64,000 nucleotides of DNA, taken from the NCBI GenBank assembly GCA_964343835.1, contig CAYFKR010000014.1, positions 32,406-96,405 of the forward strand, read 5' to 3'. The position numbers were made by a program, and so were the translations under genes. The DNA is from an uncultured Fibrobacteraceae bacterium (lineage in GTDB: Bacteria; Krumholzibacteriota; Krumholzibacteriia; LZORAL124-64-63). Position 1 is the first letter of the stretch, and the number at the start of each line of letters is the position of its first letter. The notes below the pieces were generated by a model. It was not told the DNA's origin and did no database searches. It saw only the letters and a list, made by a program, of their open reading frames with translations. This document shows, piece by piece, positions 20,132 through 30,987 of this stretch.

Positions 20132-20607
20132 CCGAGCGCATCCAGTGCGGGGGGCTGATCGAGCGCGAAGACCTCTGCCTGATCGAGGTGCAGGGCTACG
20201 CCTGGAGACCGGGCAAGTCCTGCGGCATCCTCTGCCGCTTCGCCGATGCGGGGATCCCGCTGGCGTTCCTGAACATCAGCAACACGAACGAGGGCCTCAA
20301 GAGCATGAGCTTCTGCCTGGCCCGCGAGGCCATGGCCAAGGTGCCGCCCCTCATCGAGCAGGTGGAACGGGAGTTCGCTCCCGAGCGGGTGGTGGTGCAG
20401 GAGGGTATCAGCATCGTCACGCTGTACGGCCCGCACTTCTACGAGCGGGTGGCCCTGGCCAGCGAGGTCTATTCCTGCCTGTGCATCGAGGGCATCGACG
20501 CCCAGTCGGTGGGCTCGTCGGTCAACAGCATCTCCCTGGTGGTGCGCGCCGGCGACGTCGAACGCACGAAGCAGGCCCTGTCGGCCCGTTTCGAGTGGCC
20601 GATCTGA
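20128..20607 (+). CDS. tandem ACT-domain protein (aspartate-kinase-regulatory-domain-like)
   Basis: 159 aa. Two beta-alpha-beta-beta-alpha-beta-like halves (LIEV...GILCRFADAGIPLAF...; ISIVTLYGP...SSVNSISLVV). ATGA overlap with the kinase stop. Confidence 0.55.
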   Translation: MTERIQCGGLIEREDLCLIEVQGYAWRPGKSCGILCRFADAGIPLAFLNISNTNEGLKSMSFCLAREAMAKVPPLIEQVEREFAPERVVVQEGISIVTLYGPHFYERVALASEVYSCLCIEGIDAQSVGSSVNSISLVVRAGDVERTKQALSARFEWPI

Positions 20608-20654
20608 CCCGAGCTGCGTTAGGATGGGCGGGTCCCTCAACGGAGGTCCGTCCC

Positions 20655-21218
20655 GTGCGTCGAATCGTCCTGCTGTTCCTCGTTCTTCTCCTTGCCGTTC
20701 TCGCTGTGGCTCCGACCTCGGCCGACGACCGCGTCCGCCGCCGCCCCGCCGTGGCCGAACAGGTCGACCTGGCCCGCTACATGGGTCTGTGGTACGAGAT
20801 CGCCCGCATCCCCACCAAGCACCAGAAGTCCTGCACCTGCTGCGCCACCGCGGAATACGTGGACGAGGGGAAGGGCAAGGTGTCCATCTACAACCGCTGC
20901 CTCCAGGCCGACGGCTCGGTGAAGGAGGCCAAGGCGGAGGCCCGCGTGATCTCGGCCAACAACGCCCGCTGGAAGGCGACGTTCTTCAAGCTCCTGGGCA
21001 TCCCGGTGGCCAAGGGCGACTACTGGATCCTGGGCGTGGACGACGACTACCGCTGGGCCGTGGTGGGCGACCCCGAACGCAAGTACGGCTGGATCCTCTC
21101 GCGCTCCCCGGACATGGCGCCGGAGGTCCGCGCCGAGGTGGACGCCCTGATCGCCGACCGGGGATACGACCCGGACATGTTCATCGACACGCCCCAGGAC
21201 GGAGGCGACCATGACTGA
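20655..21218 (+). CDS. blc: bacterial lipocalin (Blc family)
   Basis: Signal peptide. YMGLWYEIARIP (lipocalin SCR1 G-x-W-Y) and YWILGVDDDYRWAVVGDP...WILSRSP, the typical Blc signature. GTG start 8 nt after CGGAGG. Confidence 0.75.
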   Translation: MRRIVLLFLVLLLAVLAVAPTSADDRVRRRPAVAEQVDLARYMGLWYEIARIPTKHQKSCTCCATAEYVDEGKGKVSIYNRCLQADGSVKEAKAEARVISANNARWKATFFKLLGIPVAKGDYWILGVDDDYRWAVVGDPERKYGWILSRSPDMAPEVRAEVDALIADRGYDPDMFIDTPQDGGDHD

Positions 21219-21528
21219 CGTGAAGGCCGGCGAGGTGGGCCGCTACGGCAGCGTGCTGGAAGCGGAGATCGATCAGGGTCGTCTGGAGTCCGCGGGCATC
21301 CCCGCCCGCGTGCGCAGGGACGACTGCGGCGGCATGTATCCCCAGCTCGTCATGCACAAGCCGGTGCGGCTCGAGGTGGACGTCGCCGATGCGGAACGGG
21401 CCCTAGAGATCCTGGGCGAGGCCGCCGACGCGCCGCCGACCCCCGCCTGGACCTGCTCCTGCGGCGAGACCGTCGAGCAGGGCTACGACGCCTGCTGGAA
21501 GTGCGGGGCCGGACGTTCATCCGACTGA
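21211..21528 (+). CDS. DUF2007-like small protein with a C-terminal zinc ribbon
   Basis: 105 aa. The N-terminal half resembles putative signal-transducing (PII-like) DUF2007. C-terminal CSCG...CWKCG four-Cys ribbon. GGAGG RBS. Confidence 0.45.
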   Translation: MTDVKAGEVGRYGSVLEAEIDQGRLESAGIPARVRRDDCGGMYPQLVMHKPVRLEVDVADAERALEILGEAADAPPTPAWTCSCGETVEQGYDACWKCGAGRSSD

Positions 21529-21551
21529 TCCTATCCATGTGAGGAACCGAC

Positions 21552-22388
21552 ATGCCGACGCGTATCATGCTGCTGTCCGCCGTGGCCCTGCTGTCCCTGA
21601 TCTCCGCCTGCTCGGACGATCCGGCGTCGCCGGAAACGTTCTCCCTGACGATCCGCGTGACCGACGCCGACGACCTCCCCGTGGAGGGCCTCACGGTCTG
21701 CTTGGAGAACGAGATCGATCCCCATCCCTGGGGCTTCCCCGCGCCCGGCGGACGACCCGTCAACGTGGTGAAGTTCGACGTGCAGGACACGTGCGACGTG
21801 GACATGGTGGTCCGCGATGTGCTCGGCGACGTGGCCAGGGAGCTGGTCATGGACTACGAGGCCCTGCCCGGAACCCACGTCCTGGCCTGGAACGGCACCG
21901 ACGCCGACGGCGAGCGGGTGCCGCCCGGCTACTACGAATTCCACATGACCGCCCGCGCCGACGGCGCCGTGGCGTTCCGCGACACGGTGGACGGCTTCAT
22001 GTGGCTCTACGACCTGGACCAGCTCGCGGTGGGCGTGACCGACGCGAACGGCCAGCTCGTCATCGACGACCGCCGCCGTTTCCCCGGCCTGTTCGATCTG
22101 GGTGAGATGATGGGCCGGAACGAGGACTCCGAGCCGACGGGCGTGTTCACGGCGCCGGCCACGGTGATGATCGCCCTGCGCGACCTCGACCGCGGGCTGT
22201 TCATGCCGCGCACCTACCACGACTATGCGGACGGGGCCAACGTGGTGGATCTGCTCTGGGATCCCGAGGCAGCGCGGCCCTTGGCGGCACCGGAGAACGG
22301 CGAAGTCGGGGCGACCATCCGACGCGTGTCGGCGATGCCGCCCCTCGAGTATCGCCTCGAGCCGCCCTACCCGAATCCCTTCAACTGA
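21552..22388 (+). CDS. lipoprotein with an internal FlgD-Ig-like domain; C-terminus ends at NPFN (apparently clipped T9SS sorting domain)
   Basis: Lipobox LISACS. Internal VRDVLGDVARELV...GTHVLAWNGTDADGERVPPGYYEF resembles the FlgD-Ig/T9SS-type domain. The ORF terminates immediately after PYPNPFN, 4 nt from the convergent hypE stop. Confidence 0.5.
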   Translation: MPTRIMLLSAVALLSLISACSDDPASPETFSLTIRVTDADDLPVEGLTVCLENEIDPHPWGFPAPGGRPVNVVKFDVQDTCDVDMVVRDVLGDVARELVMDYEALPGTHVLAWNGTDADGERVPPGYYEFHMTARADGAVAFRDTVDGFMWLYDLDQLAVGVTDANGQLVIDDRRRFPGLFDLGEMMGRNEDSEPTGVFTAPATVMIALRDLDRGLFMPRTYHDYADGANVVDLLWDPEAARPLAAPENGEVGATIRRVSAMPPLEYRLEPPYPNPFN

Positions 22389-22392
22389 CGGA

Positions 22393-23424
22393 TCAGCAGA
22401 TCCGGGGCAGCTGCTCGCCCACCGGCATGTCCACGATGCGCTCGGCGCCGAGGGCCGTGATCATGGTCACCATGCCCGGCCGCTCGTCGACGACCTCCGC
22501 GATCACCGCCGCGTCGGCGCCCAGCTCGTGGGCGTGGAGGGCGGCCAGGGCGGCGTCGGTCTCGTCGGCGGGCACCACCGCCGCCAGCTTCCCCTCGTTG
22601 GCCACGTAGAGCGGATCCACGCCGAGCACCTCGCAGGCGCCGCAGACGTCGTCGCGCACCGGGACGGCGCCGTCGTCGATGCGGATGCCCACGCCGGACG
22701 AGCGGGCGAACTCATTGAGGGTGGTGGCCAGGCCGCCGCGGGTGGGGTCGCGCATGGCGCGCAGGCCGGGGCAGGCGTCCAGCAGGGCCGCCGCGAGGCC
22801 GTTCAACGGAGCCGTGTCGCTGGCGATGCCGGTGCGGAACGACAGGCCCTCGCGGGCGGTCATCACCGCCATGCCGTGATCGGCGACGGTGCCCGAGACG
22901 ATCACCCTGTCGCCGGCCTTCAGGTTCGCCGCCGACAGCGCCACGCCCTCGCGCACCACGCCCACGCCCGACGTGTTGATGAAGATCCGATCGCACGAGC
23001 CCCGGTCCACTACCTTGGTGTCGCCGGTCACCACGCGCACGCCGGCACGCTTCGCCGCCGCCTCCATGGAGCAGAGGATGCGGTGGAAGTCCTCCAGGGG
23101 CAGGCCCTCCTCCAGCACGAAGCCCACGCTCAGGTACAGCGGGTCGGCGCCGCCCATGGCCACGTCGTTGACGGTGCCGTTGACGGCCAGGTCGCCGATG
23201 TCGCCGCCCGGGAAGAAGATCGGGTCCACCACGAAGGTGTCGGTGGAGAAGGCCAGGCGGCCGGGGGGCATCTCCAGCACGGCCTGGTCCTCGAGGCGGT
23301 CCAGGTCGGGGTTGGTGAAGCGCGGCAGCACGAAGCGGTCGATGAGATCGGCCGAGAGACGTCCGCCGGCGCCGTGGGCGAGCTGGATGGTGTCGTGGTC
23401 GGTCAGGGGGACCGGGCAGGCCAT
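22393..23424 (-). CDS. hypE: hydrogenase maturation protein HypE (carbamoyl dehydratase)
   Basis: IQLAHGAGG...AFSTD...PGGDIG...VNDVAMGGA...TGDTKVV and the C-terminal PRIC are co-linear with E. coli HypE. An alternative GTG start at 23451 overlaps the hypD stop. Confidence 0.85.
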   Translation of the reverse strand: MACPVPLTDHDTIQLAHGAGGRLSADLIDRFVLPRFTNPDLDRLEDQAVLEMPPGRLAFSTDTFVVDPIFFPGGDIGDLAVNGTVNDVAMGGADPLYLSVGFVLEEGLPLEDFHRILCSMEAAAKRAGVRVVTGDTKVVDRGSCDRIFINTSGVGVVREGVALSAANLKAGDRVIVSGTVADHGMAVMTAREGLSFRTGIASDTAPLNGLAAALLDACPGLRAMRDPTRGGLATTLNEFARSSGVGIRIDDGAVPVRDDVCGACEVLGVDPLYVANEGKLAAVVPADETDAALAALHAHELGADAAVIAEVVDERPGMVTMITALGAERIVDMPVGEQLPRIC

Positions 23425-23447
23425 GCGGTCGAAGTCGGGACGGTCGC

Positions 23448-24535
<1,088 letters not shown>

Positions 24536-24539
<4 letters not shown>

Positions 24540-24790
24540 GACTCCTTCTCCCGGTCCGCCTCGATGTGGGCATTCAGCTCCGTCAACGTCTCCAACGTCG
24601 CCCGCGCCTCATCCTCGTCCAGCTGCTGCAGCGCGAACCCCGCATGCACGATCACCCAGTCGCCCACACCGACGTCAGGCACATAGGTCAGGCAGGCCGT
24701 GTTCTCCACGCCGGCGTAGTCGATGCGGCCCATCGTCAGGCCGTTCTCCTGGTAGGTCTCGAGGATGCGGCCGGGGACGGCGAGGCACAT
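24536..24790 (-). CDS. hypC: hydrogenase maturation chaperone HypC
   Basis: 84 aa starting MCLAVPGRI, the hallmark HypC/HybG N-terminus. Confidence 0.85.
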
Positions 24791-24792
24791 GG

Positions 24793-27066
24793 TCAGGCTC
24801 CCTGAAGGATGGTCCGGGCGACGACGGCCTGGCCCAGGGCCAGCCCCCCGTCGTTGGGCGACAGCGCCACGGGACGGTGCACGGTGAGGCCGGCGGCGGT
24901 CAACCCCTCGGTGACCAGGGCCAGCAGGATCTCGTTCTGGAAGGAGCCGCCGCCGAGGACGGCGCGGTCGAGGCCGCGGGTGCGGGCGGCGGCCGCCGCT
25001 GCGTCGACGATCAGGTCCGCCAAAGAGCGGTGGAAACGGGCGGAGATGGCGGAGGCCGGGACGCCGCCTGCCACGGCCTCGGCAACGGCGCGGACGAGGT
25101 GCAGCGTCGGGATGGCCGCATCGCCGGGCTCTACGGGCCAGGGGACGGCGGCTCGGGCTTCCTCGACGGTCGTCAGCGCCGTGAACTCCACGGCGGCCTG
25201 GGCCTCGTAACCCACCACGCCCCAGCGCCCGGTCAGCGCCGCAACGGCGTCGAAGAGGCGGCCGCAGCTGCTGGTGCGGGGGCAGTTCAGGTCGCGGGCG
25301 ATCATCTCGAGGACGGCGTCGGCGGGGTGGTCGGCCTGGAAGGGGAGGGCCGGGGGAGCGCCGTCGAAGGCGGTGTGCAGGGCGCCGATCGCCGTGCGCC
25401 ACGGTTCGCGGACGGCGGCGTCGCCGCCGGGCAGGGGGAGGAGCTCCAGGTGGGCGGCGCGCTCGTATGCCGCGGCGTCACCAGCGAGGACCTCACCGCC
25501 CCAGATGGTGCCGTCGTCGCCGTAGCCGGTGCCGTCCAGGATCACGCCGAGGGCCGGGTCGTCGAGGCCGTGTTCGGCCATGGTCGCCACCATGTGGGCG
25601 TGGTGGTGCTGGACCTCGATGAGCGGCAGGCCGCGGGCGGCGGCCGTCTCCCGCGCCCAGCGCGACGACAAATAGCCCGGGTGGCGATCACAGGCCAGGA
25701 CCTCCGGCTCGCATTCCAGCAGGGTGCCCAGGGTGCGGACCGTCTCGGTGAAGAAGTCGTGGGTGGGCAGGTTCTCCAGGTCGCCCACGTGGGGCGAGAG
25801 GAAGCAGCGGTCCTCCTTCAGCAGGCCCACGGCGTTCTTGAGCTCGGCGCCGGCGGCGAGGACGGGCGGGCCGTCGGCGCCGGGGCCGTGGACCAGGACC
25901 GGCAGGGGGGCGTAGCCGCGGCTGCGGCGGAAGAACAGCGGTCCGTCCGGCAGGACCTGCAGGACCGAGTCGTCGGCGCGGCGCAGGATGGGGCGGTCGT
26001 GGAGCAGCAGGGCGTCGGCGATGTCGCCGAGGCGTCGGCGTGCGTCGGCGTCGTCCAGGCAGATGGGCTCGTCGCCGGCGTTGCCGCTGGTCATCACGAG
26101 GGAACGGATTCCGTGGGGCGCCAGGGCATCCATCAGCAGGTGATGGAGGGGCGTGTAGGGCAGCATGACGCCGAGGCGACGGTGGCCGGGGGCGACGGCG
26201 TCGGCGATGGGGGCATCGTCGCGTCGTTCGAGCAGCACGATGGGGGACTGGGGGGAGGTCAGGGCGGCGACCTCCGTCTCCGCGGGTGCGGTGATTTCCC
26301 GCACGGCGTCCAGGCCCGCCGCCATCAGCGCCAGGGGCTTGGACTCGCGGCGCTTGCGTTCGCGGAGGCGGAGGACGGCGGTCTGGTCGTCGGCGCGGAC
26401 GGCCAGGTGAAAGCCGCCGAGGCCTTTGAGGGCGAGGATCCCGCCACGGGAGAGCAGATCGACAGCGGCGGCCAGGGCGTCGCCGCTGCCATCCCCCTCG
26501 AATGAGAGCCGAGGCCCGCACTCGGGACACGCATTCGGCTGCGCATGAAACCGTCGGTCCCGCGGGTTCTCATACTCGGACCTGCACGCCTCGCACATCT
26601 CGAACCCCGCCATGGACGTGAACGGCCGGTCGTACGGGATGCGGTCGATGATGGTCCAGCGGGGCCCGCAGTTGGTGCAGTTGGTGAACGGGTAGCCGTA
26701 GCGCCGGTCGTCGGGATCGCGGATCTCGCGCAGGCAGTCGGCGCACGTGGTCGTGTCGGCGGGGACCAGGGTGGAGGTGCCGGGGGAGTCCTCGCTGGCG
26801 CGGATCGAGAAACCGGTGCCGCCGGTCGTCGGGATGACCGTCTCGACCACCGACACGATCCGGCTCAGGGGCGGCGGGGTGTCTTCCAGGCGTTGCCGGA
26901 AACGATCGAGGTCTGCGGGTGCGCCCTCCACCTCCACGAACACCCCGGCGCTGGAGTTGGTCACCCAGCCGCTCAGCCCCAGGGACTCGGCCAGGTTGAA
27001 CACGAAGGGTCGGAACCCCACGCCCTGCACCACGCCGTCCACATGGTAGCGGCGGCGCTCCGTCAT
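24793..27066 (-). CDS. hypF: carbamoyltransferase HypF
   Basis: Acylphosphatase N-terminus (VQGVGFRPFV), two CxxC Zn fingers (CADC...CTNCGPR; CEAC...CPECGPR), YrdC and Kae1-like domains. GGAG RBS before the ATG at 27066. Confidence 0.9.
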   Translation of the reverse strand: MTERRRYHVDGVVQGVGFRPFVFNLAESLGLSGWVTNSSAGVFVEVEGAPADLDRFRQRLEDTPPPLSRIVSVVETVIPTTGGTGFSIRASEDSPGTSTLVPADTTTCADCLREIRDPDDRRYGYPFTNCTNCGPRWTIIDRIPYDRPFTSMAGFEMCEACRSEYENPRDRRFHAQPNACPECGPRLSFEGDGSGDALAAAVDLLSRGGILALKGLGGFHLAVRADDQTAVLRLRERKRRESKPLALMAAGLDAVREITAPAETEVAALTSPQSPIVLLERRDDAPIADAVAPGHRRLGVMLPYTPLHHLLMDALAPHGIRSLVMTSGNAGDEPICLDDADARRRLGDIADALLLHDRPILRRADDSVLQVLPDGPLFFRRSRGYAPLPVLVHGPGADGPPVLAAGAELKNAVGLLKEDRCFLSPHVGDLENLPTHDFFTETVRTLGTLLECEPEVLACDRHPGYLSSRWARETAAARGLPLIEVQHHHAHMVATMAEHGLDDPALGVILDGTGYGDDGTIWGGEVLAGDAAAYERAAHLELLPLPGGDAAVREPWRTAIGALHTAFDGAPPALPFQADHPADAVLEMIARDLNCPRTSSCGRLFDAVAALTGRWGVVGYEAQAAVEFTALTTVEEARAAVPWPVEPGDAAIPTLHLVRAVAEAVAGGVPASAISARFHRSLADLIVDAAAAAARTRGLDRAVLGGGSFQNEILLALVTEGLTAAGLTVHRPVALSPNDGGLALGQAVVARTILQGA

Positions 27067-27067
27067 C

Positions 27068-27835
27068 TCAGCTCCCGAGGGCGGCCCGACGCGAGCGCAG
27101 CCACCCGTACCAGGCGTCCATGCCCTCACCCGTGGTGGCGGACACGCGCAGGAACTCCAGGTTCGGGTTCACCGCGCGGGCGTGGGCCTCGCAGGCGTCC
27201 ACGTCGAAGTCCACGTAGGGCAGCAGGTCGATCTTGTTGATGATGCACAGGTCCGACGCCGCGAACATGGTGGGGTACTTCTGCGGCTTGTCGGCCCCCT
27301 CGGTGACGCTGATGATCACGACCTTCGCCGCCTCGCCCAGGTCGAACAGGGCGGGACAGACCAGGTTGCCCACGTTCTCGATCATGAGCACGCCGCCGTC
27401 CTTCGGGTCGAGCTGGTGGACGGCGCGGTGGATCATCTCCGCGTCCAGGTGGCAGCCGTGCCCCGTGTTCACCTGCAGCACCGGCGCGCCGGTGGCCGCG
27501 ATGCGGTCGGCGTCGTTCAGGGTCTGCTGGTCGCCCTCGATCACCGTCACCGGCGGGTCGCCGTCCAGGTCGCGGATGGTACGTTCCAGCAACGAGGTCT
27601 TGCCGCTCCCCGGCGACGACACCAGGTTCAGCGCCAGCAGACCGAGCTTCTCGAACCAGCCGCGGTTACGGACGGCCGTGGCGTCATTTCGGGCCAGCAG
27701 GTCCTGCTCCACCTCGATGGTGCGCGAGCCGTGATCGTGCTCATGGTGATGATGGTGATCGTGCTCGTGCCCCTCGCCGGGCCGACGGAACGTCACCGCA
27801 TCGGCGGGCTGGCTGCATCCACAGGTGTCGCACAT
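27068..27835 (-). CDS. hypB: hydrogenase nickel incorporation GTPase HypB
   Basis: MCDTCGC N-terminus, His-rich stretch [14 protein letters not shown]-loop [11 protein letters not shown], and the NKIDLL G4 motif. Confidence 0.85.
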   Translation of the reverse strand: MCDTCGCSQPADAVTFRRPGEGHEHDHHHHHEHDHGSRTIEVEQDLLARNDATAVRNRGWFEKLGLLALNLVSSPGSGKTSLLERTIRDLDGDPPVTVIEGDQQTLNDADRIAATGAPVLQVNTGHGCHLDAEMIHRAVHQLDPKDGGVLMIENVGNLVCPALFDLGEAAKVVIISVTEGADKPQKYPTMFAASDLCIINKIDLLPYVDFDVDACEAHARAVNPNLEFLRVSATTGEGMDAWYGWLRSRRAALGS

Positions 27836-27846
27836 GACCGTCTCCT

Positions 27847-28185
27847 TCAGTCCACGTTCAGGGAGCGCAACCGTAGCTCCCGCCCCCGCACGATCTCCAA
27901 CGCCCCGGAGCAATCAGGGCAGAGCGCCACGAAGAAATCCACCTCGGCCTCGGTGCCGCAGGCGCCGCAGTGCCCGAGTCCGGCGATGCGTTCGACGACC
28001 AGTTCGGCCTCCGCGCACACCGTACCCTTCCGTGCCGATTCGTAACAGAACTCCAGCGCGTCGATCTCCACTCCGGCGAGCGTTCCGATCTCCACATCAA
28101 GCCGGTTGATCCGCTCAGAACCCGCCGCATTCGCCTGTTTCTCGGCGATTTCAATGAGGCTCACGGCAATCGACATCTCGTGCAT
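27847..28185 (-). CDS. hypA: hydrogenase nickel insertion protein HypA
   Basis: [15 protein letters not shown]-terminus and two CxxC pairs (CGACG...CPDCS). AGGAGG RBS. Confidence 0.85.
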   Translation of the reverse strand: MHEMSIAVSLIEIAEKQANAAGSERINRLDVEIGTLAGVEIDALEFCYESARKGTVCAEAELVVERIAGLGHCGACGTEAEVDFFVALCPDCSGALEIVRGRELRLRSLNVD

Positions 28186-28246
28186 TACGCCCTCCTGTGA
28201 ACAAGATAACACCCGAAGAACGCGGAACAAGAACTCGTCGGTGGAT

Positions 28247-28397
28247 GGGGATGGAAGGCGATAGGGGGCTCCCGGCGGGGACGCGACCCCGGGGCCTCCT
28301 GCCCCGGGGCCGCTCGGCCTTCCGGGCTTCCGGACCTCCTTGTCCTCCCGGCCCTCCAGGACGCCCCGCCGGGAGCCCCCTATCGCCTTCCATCCCC
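28247..28397. repeat. perfect 34-bp inverted repeat separated by an 83-nt GC-rich spacer (potential 150-nt stem-loop)
   Basis: Arms ggggatggaaggcgatagggggctcccggcgggg (28247..28280) and its exact reverse complement (28364..28397). The spacer carries two copies of the palindrome ccccgggg. It lies between divergent hypA and the aminotransferase. Confidence 0.7.
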
Positions 28398-28460
28398 TTG
28401 CATCGGCCGGGGTCTTGTCCCACGTTTGTCGGGTATCACCATGCTCTCAGGAGGCACGTC

Positions 28461-29786
28461 ATGCCCAGGATGTCGAAGCTGTTCGAGTCGCGGAAGCCGT
28501 CGGTCATCAGGATGGCCCAGCTCAAGTTCGAGGAACGGAACGACGGGACCGAGGCCATCAACGTGGCGATTGGGAACATTCCGTTGCCGATGTATCCGGC
28601 GATGATCGACCGACTGCACAACCTCGAAGCCGAAGGCAGCCCCTTCGAGAAGGGCGTGGTGAAGTACTCGTCCACGACCGGCAGCCCCGAGTGCGTGGAC
28701 GCCTTCCTGAACGTGATCGCCAGCAGCGGGTTCGACACGTCCAAGCTTCACGGGCACATCACCGATGGCGGCAGCCAGGCCATGGAACTGATCATCGCCG
28801 GTGTGTGCGGTGATGCGGGTACGGACGACGACCCCCTGATGCTCATCGATGCCGCCTACACCAACTACAAGACTCTCTGCGAGCGCCTGGGGCGGGCCAC
28901 CTGCTCTATCCAGCGCACGCTGGGGGACGACGGGCGGTTCTCGCTGCCGGACACGGAGGAGATCGAGCGGGTGATCGAGGCCGAGCGCCCGAACGCCCTG
29001 ATCGTGATTCCCTTCGACAATCCGACGGGGCAGTACTACGACAAGGCGGCCATGATCGAGCTGGCGCGCCTGGCCGTGAAGCACGACCTGTGGCTGGTCA
29101 GCGACGAGGCCTACCGCGAGCTCTACTACACCGGCGGCGAGTGTACGAGCATCTGGGGCGTGACCGACGCCGACGTGCCCGGCATCGAGGGGCGGCGCGT
29201 GTCCATCGAGACCACGTCGAAGGTTTGGAACGCCTGTGGGCTGCGCATCGGGGCCATCGTCACCGACAACCCGGACTTCCATCGCCAGGCCGTGGCCGAG
29301 CACACGGTGAGCCTGTGCAGCAGCGTGATCGGGCAGTGGATCTTCGGTGCCGTGGCCCACGAGTCCCACGACGACCTCCGCGCCTGGTACGCGCAGCAGC
29401 GCGAGTACTACAAGGGCATGCTCTTCGACTTCACCTCGAACATGAAGGCGGCGTTGCCGGGCGTGATCGTCTCCAGTCCAGACGCGGCTCTCTACTCCGT
29501 GATCGATGTGAAAAACTGCGTGGCCGACGGTTTCGACGCCCTCGAGTTCGTGCTGTGGTGCGCGCAGGAGGGGTCGGTGGACGTGGACGGCCGGGCCATG
29601 ACGGTGCTCACCGCTCCCATGGGCGGCTTCTACAGCGTTCCCGACGGAGCGCCGAACCCGGGCCGCACTCAGATGCGCCTAGCCTATGTGGAATCGCCCG
29701 AGCGCATGGCCGTGATCCCCGGCATCCTGGCGGACCTGCTGAAGGCCTACGAGGCGCAGCGGGCGGGGGCGGCGGCAGGCGCCTGA
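28461..29786 (+). CDS. PLP-dependent aminotransferase (class I/II fold)
   Basis: 441 aa with the usual fold-type I layout (NPTG, SKVW...GLRIG around the predicted Lys). AGGAGG lies upstream of the ATG at 28461. The ORF-track start at 28197 is inside the palindrome and was rejected. Confidence 0.7.
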   Translation: MPRMSKLFESRKPSVIRMAQLKFEERNDGTEAINVAIGNIPLPMYPAMIDRLHNLEAEGSPFEKGVVKYSSTTGSPECVDAFLNVIASSGFDTSKLHGHITDGGSQAMELIIAGVCGDAGTDDDPLMLIDAAYTNYKTLCERLGRATCSIQRTLGDDGRFSLPDTEEIERVIEAERPNALIVIPFDNPTGQYYDKAAMIELARLAVKHDLWLVSDEAYRELYYTGGECTSIWGVTDADVPGIEGRRVSIETTSKVWNACGLRIGAIVTDNPDFHRQAVAEHTVSLCSSVIGQWIFGAVAHESHDDLRAWYAQQREYYKGMLFDFTSNMKAALPGVIVSSPDAALYSVIDVKNCVADGFDALEFVLWCAQEGSVDVDGRAMTVLTAPMGGFYSVPDGAPNPGRTQMRLAYVESPERMAVIPGILADLLKAYEAQRAGAAAGA

Positions 29787-29811
29787 TCGCGCGTTGGAAG
29801 GCAAGGAGAGA

Positions 29812-29834
29812 GGGGGAGCCCGGTGGGCTCCCCC
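29812..29834. terminator. bidirectional terminator-like hairpin between convergent genes
   Basis: gggggagccc-ggt-gggctccccc, a 10-bp perfect stem, sits between the aminotransferase stop and the porin stop. Confidence 0.4.
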
Positions 29835-29859
29835 TCGTCGTATCGTGCGGTGTCTGCGG

Positions 29860-30987
29860 TTAGAACTTCGTCTGCCACTGCACCACCCAGCCGTCGTCCA
29901 TCATGCCGGCCAGGCCGTTGAAGGGCACGTCGGCGTCCACGCCGTCGCCGCCCACCAGCACGTAGTTCAGCTGGATGCGGTGGGCCTGCTTGGCGTTGTG
30001 GGAACCGCCGAGCGGGGAGATGTAGAGGTTCACGCCCAGGTACGTGTTCGTGAGCTCGGTCTCGGTGCCGCCGCGCTCCGCCTTGGCGTTGTAGTGCTTC
30101 ACCACGAGCTCGGTCTTGGGGGAGACGAACCGGCAGGCGGTGCCCACCAGGCAGGTCTGGTCCCAGCCGTCCTCGCCCTTGATGGTGCTGCCGGCCACGT
30201 ACTCGAACTTGATGTTGGTCAGGCCCTCGCCGAAGGTCGAGGCGAAGCCGAAGTCCATGACCTCGTAGTCGCCCGTGTCCACGCCGCCGGCCTGCTCCGA
30301 CACGCCGTAGCCGAACTCCATGTGGAGGGGCCAGCCGCGGTCGAAGTGCACGCGACCCGCGTAGGCGTTGGCGGCGCCGAGCTGGGAGGCGTCCCAGGTC
30401 ACGGCGGCGCTGCGGCCGGCGGGGTTGAACAGGCCCACGTCGTAGCCGAAGCCGTCGGCGGGCTGCTTCTCGATGCCCACCTCGTCGCCGTTCCAGGGCT
30501 TGGACTCGCCGGTGCCGCCGATGTTGCGGCCGCTGACCATGAAGCCGAAGTCGCGCTCCAGCACCAGGCCCTTGTCCATCTTGCTGCGGCCCGTGTTGTC
30601 CAGGTTCCAGCCCGGGATGGTGAACCCCATGCCCACGGGCGTCTTCATCATGCCCAGCTTCACGAAGCAAGCGTCGCTGTGCTTGTAGCCCACGAAGGCG
30701 TCCTTGATGAGCTTGGGCAGGCCGGCGTCGCCGGCGGTGGCGGACTGGTTGAAGTCCAGCTGGAGCTTGGAGAACCAGGGACCGCTGTAGTAGTTGGCGC
30801 CGAGGCGCAGGCGCTGGGCCGCGAAGCGGACGCGGTCGGCGTCGCCGCCGCCGCGCATCTCCACCTGGCTCAGGCCGTAGAACTTGACCTTGGCGTTCTC
30901 GCCGGCGCTCAGCTTCACGGCGCCGGAGGCGGACGTGGCCAGGAACGCGACGGCGAGGACCATCAGGATCATCTTGCGGGTCATCAT
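29860..30987 (-). CDS. outer-membrane beta-barrel porin (phosphate-selective porin O/P-like)
   Basis: Signal peptide, alternating amphipathic beta-strand pattern, C-terminal aromatic residue (…WQTKF). Confidence 0.5.
   Translation of the reverse strand: MMTRKMILMVLAVAFLATSASGAVKLSAGENAKVKFYGLSQVEMRGGGDADRVRFAAQRLRLGANYYSGPWFSKLQLDFNQSATAGDAGLPKLIKDAFVGYKHSDACFVKLGMMKTPVGMGFTIPGWNLDNTGRSKMDKGLVLERDFGFMVSGRNIGGTGESKPWNGDEVGIEKQPADGFGYDVGLFNPAGRSAAVTWDASQLGAANAYAGRVHFDRGWPLHMEFGYGVSEQAGGVDTGDYEVMDFGFASTFGEGLTNIKFEYVAGSTIKGEDGWDQTCLVGTACRFVSPKTELVVKHYNAKAERGGTETELTNTYLGVNLYISPLGGSHNAKQAHRIQLNYVLVGGDGVDADVPFNGLAGMMDDGWVVQWQTKF

Noticed and set aside
28197-28460. ORF-track N-terminal extension of the aminotransferase (MNKITPEER...MGMEGDRGLPAG) and the mirror ORF 28151..28423 -
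   Set aside because: Both run through the 34-bp palindrome, which is why both strands encode the same peptide. The AGGAGG-supported ATG at 28461 is the real start.
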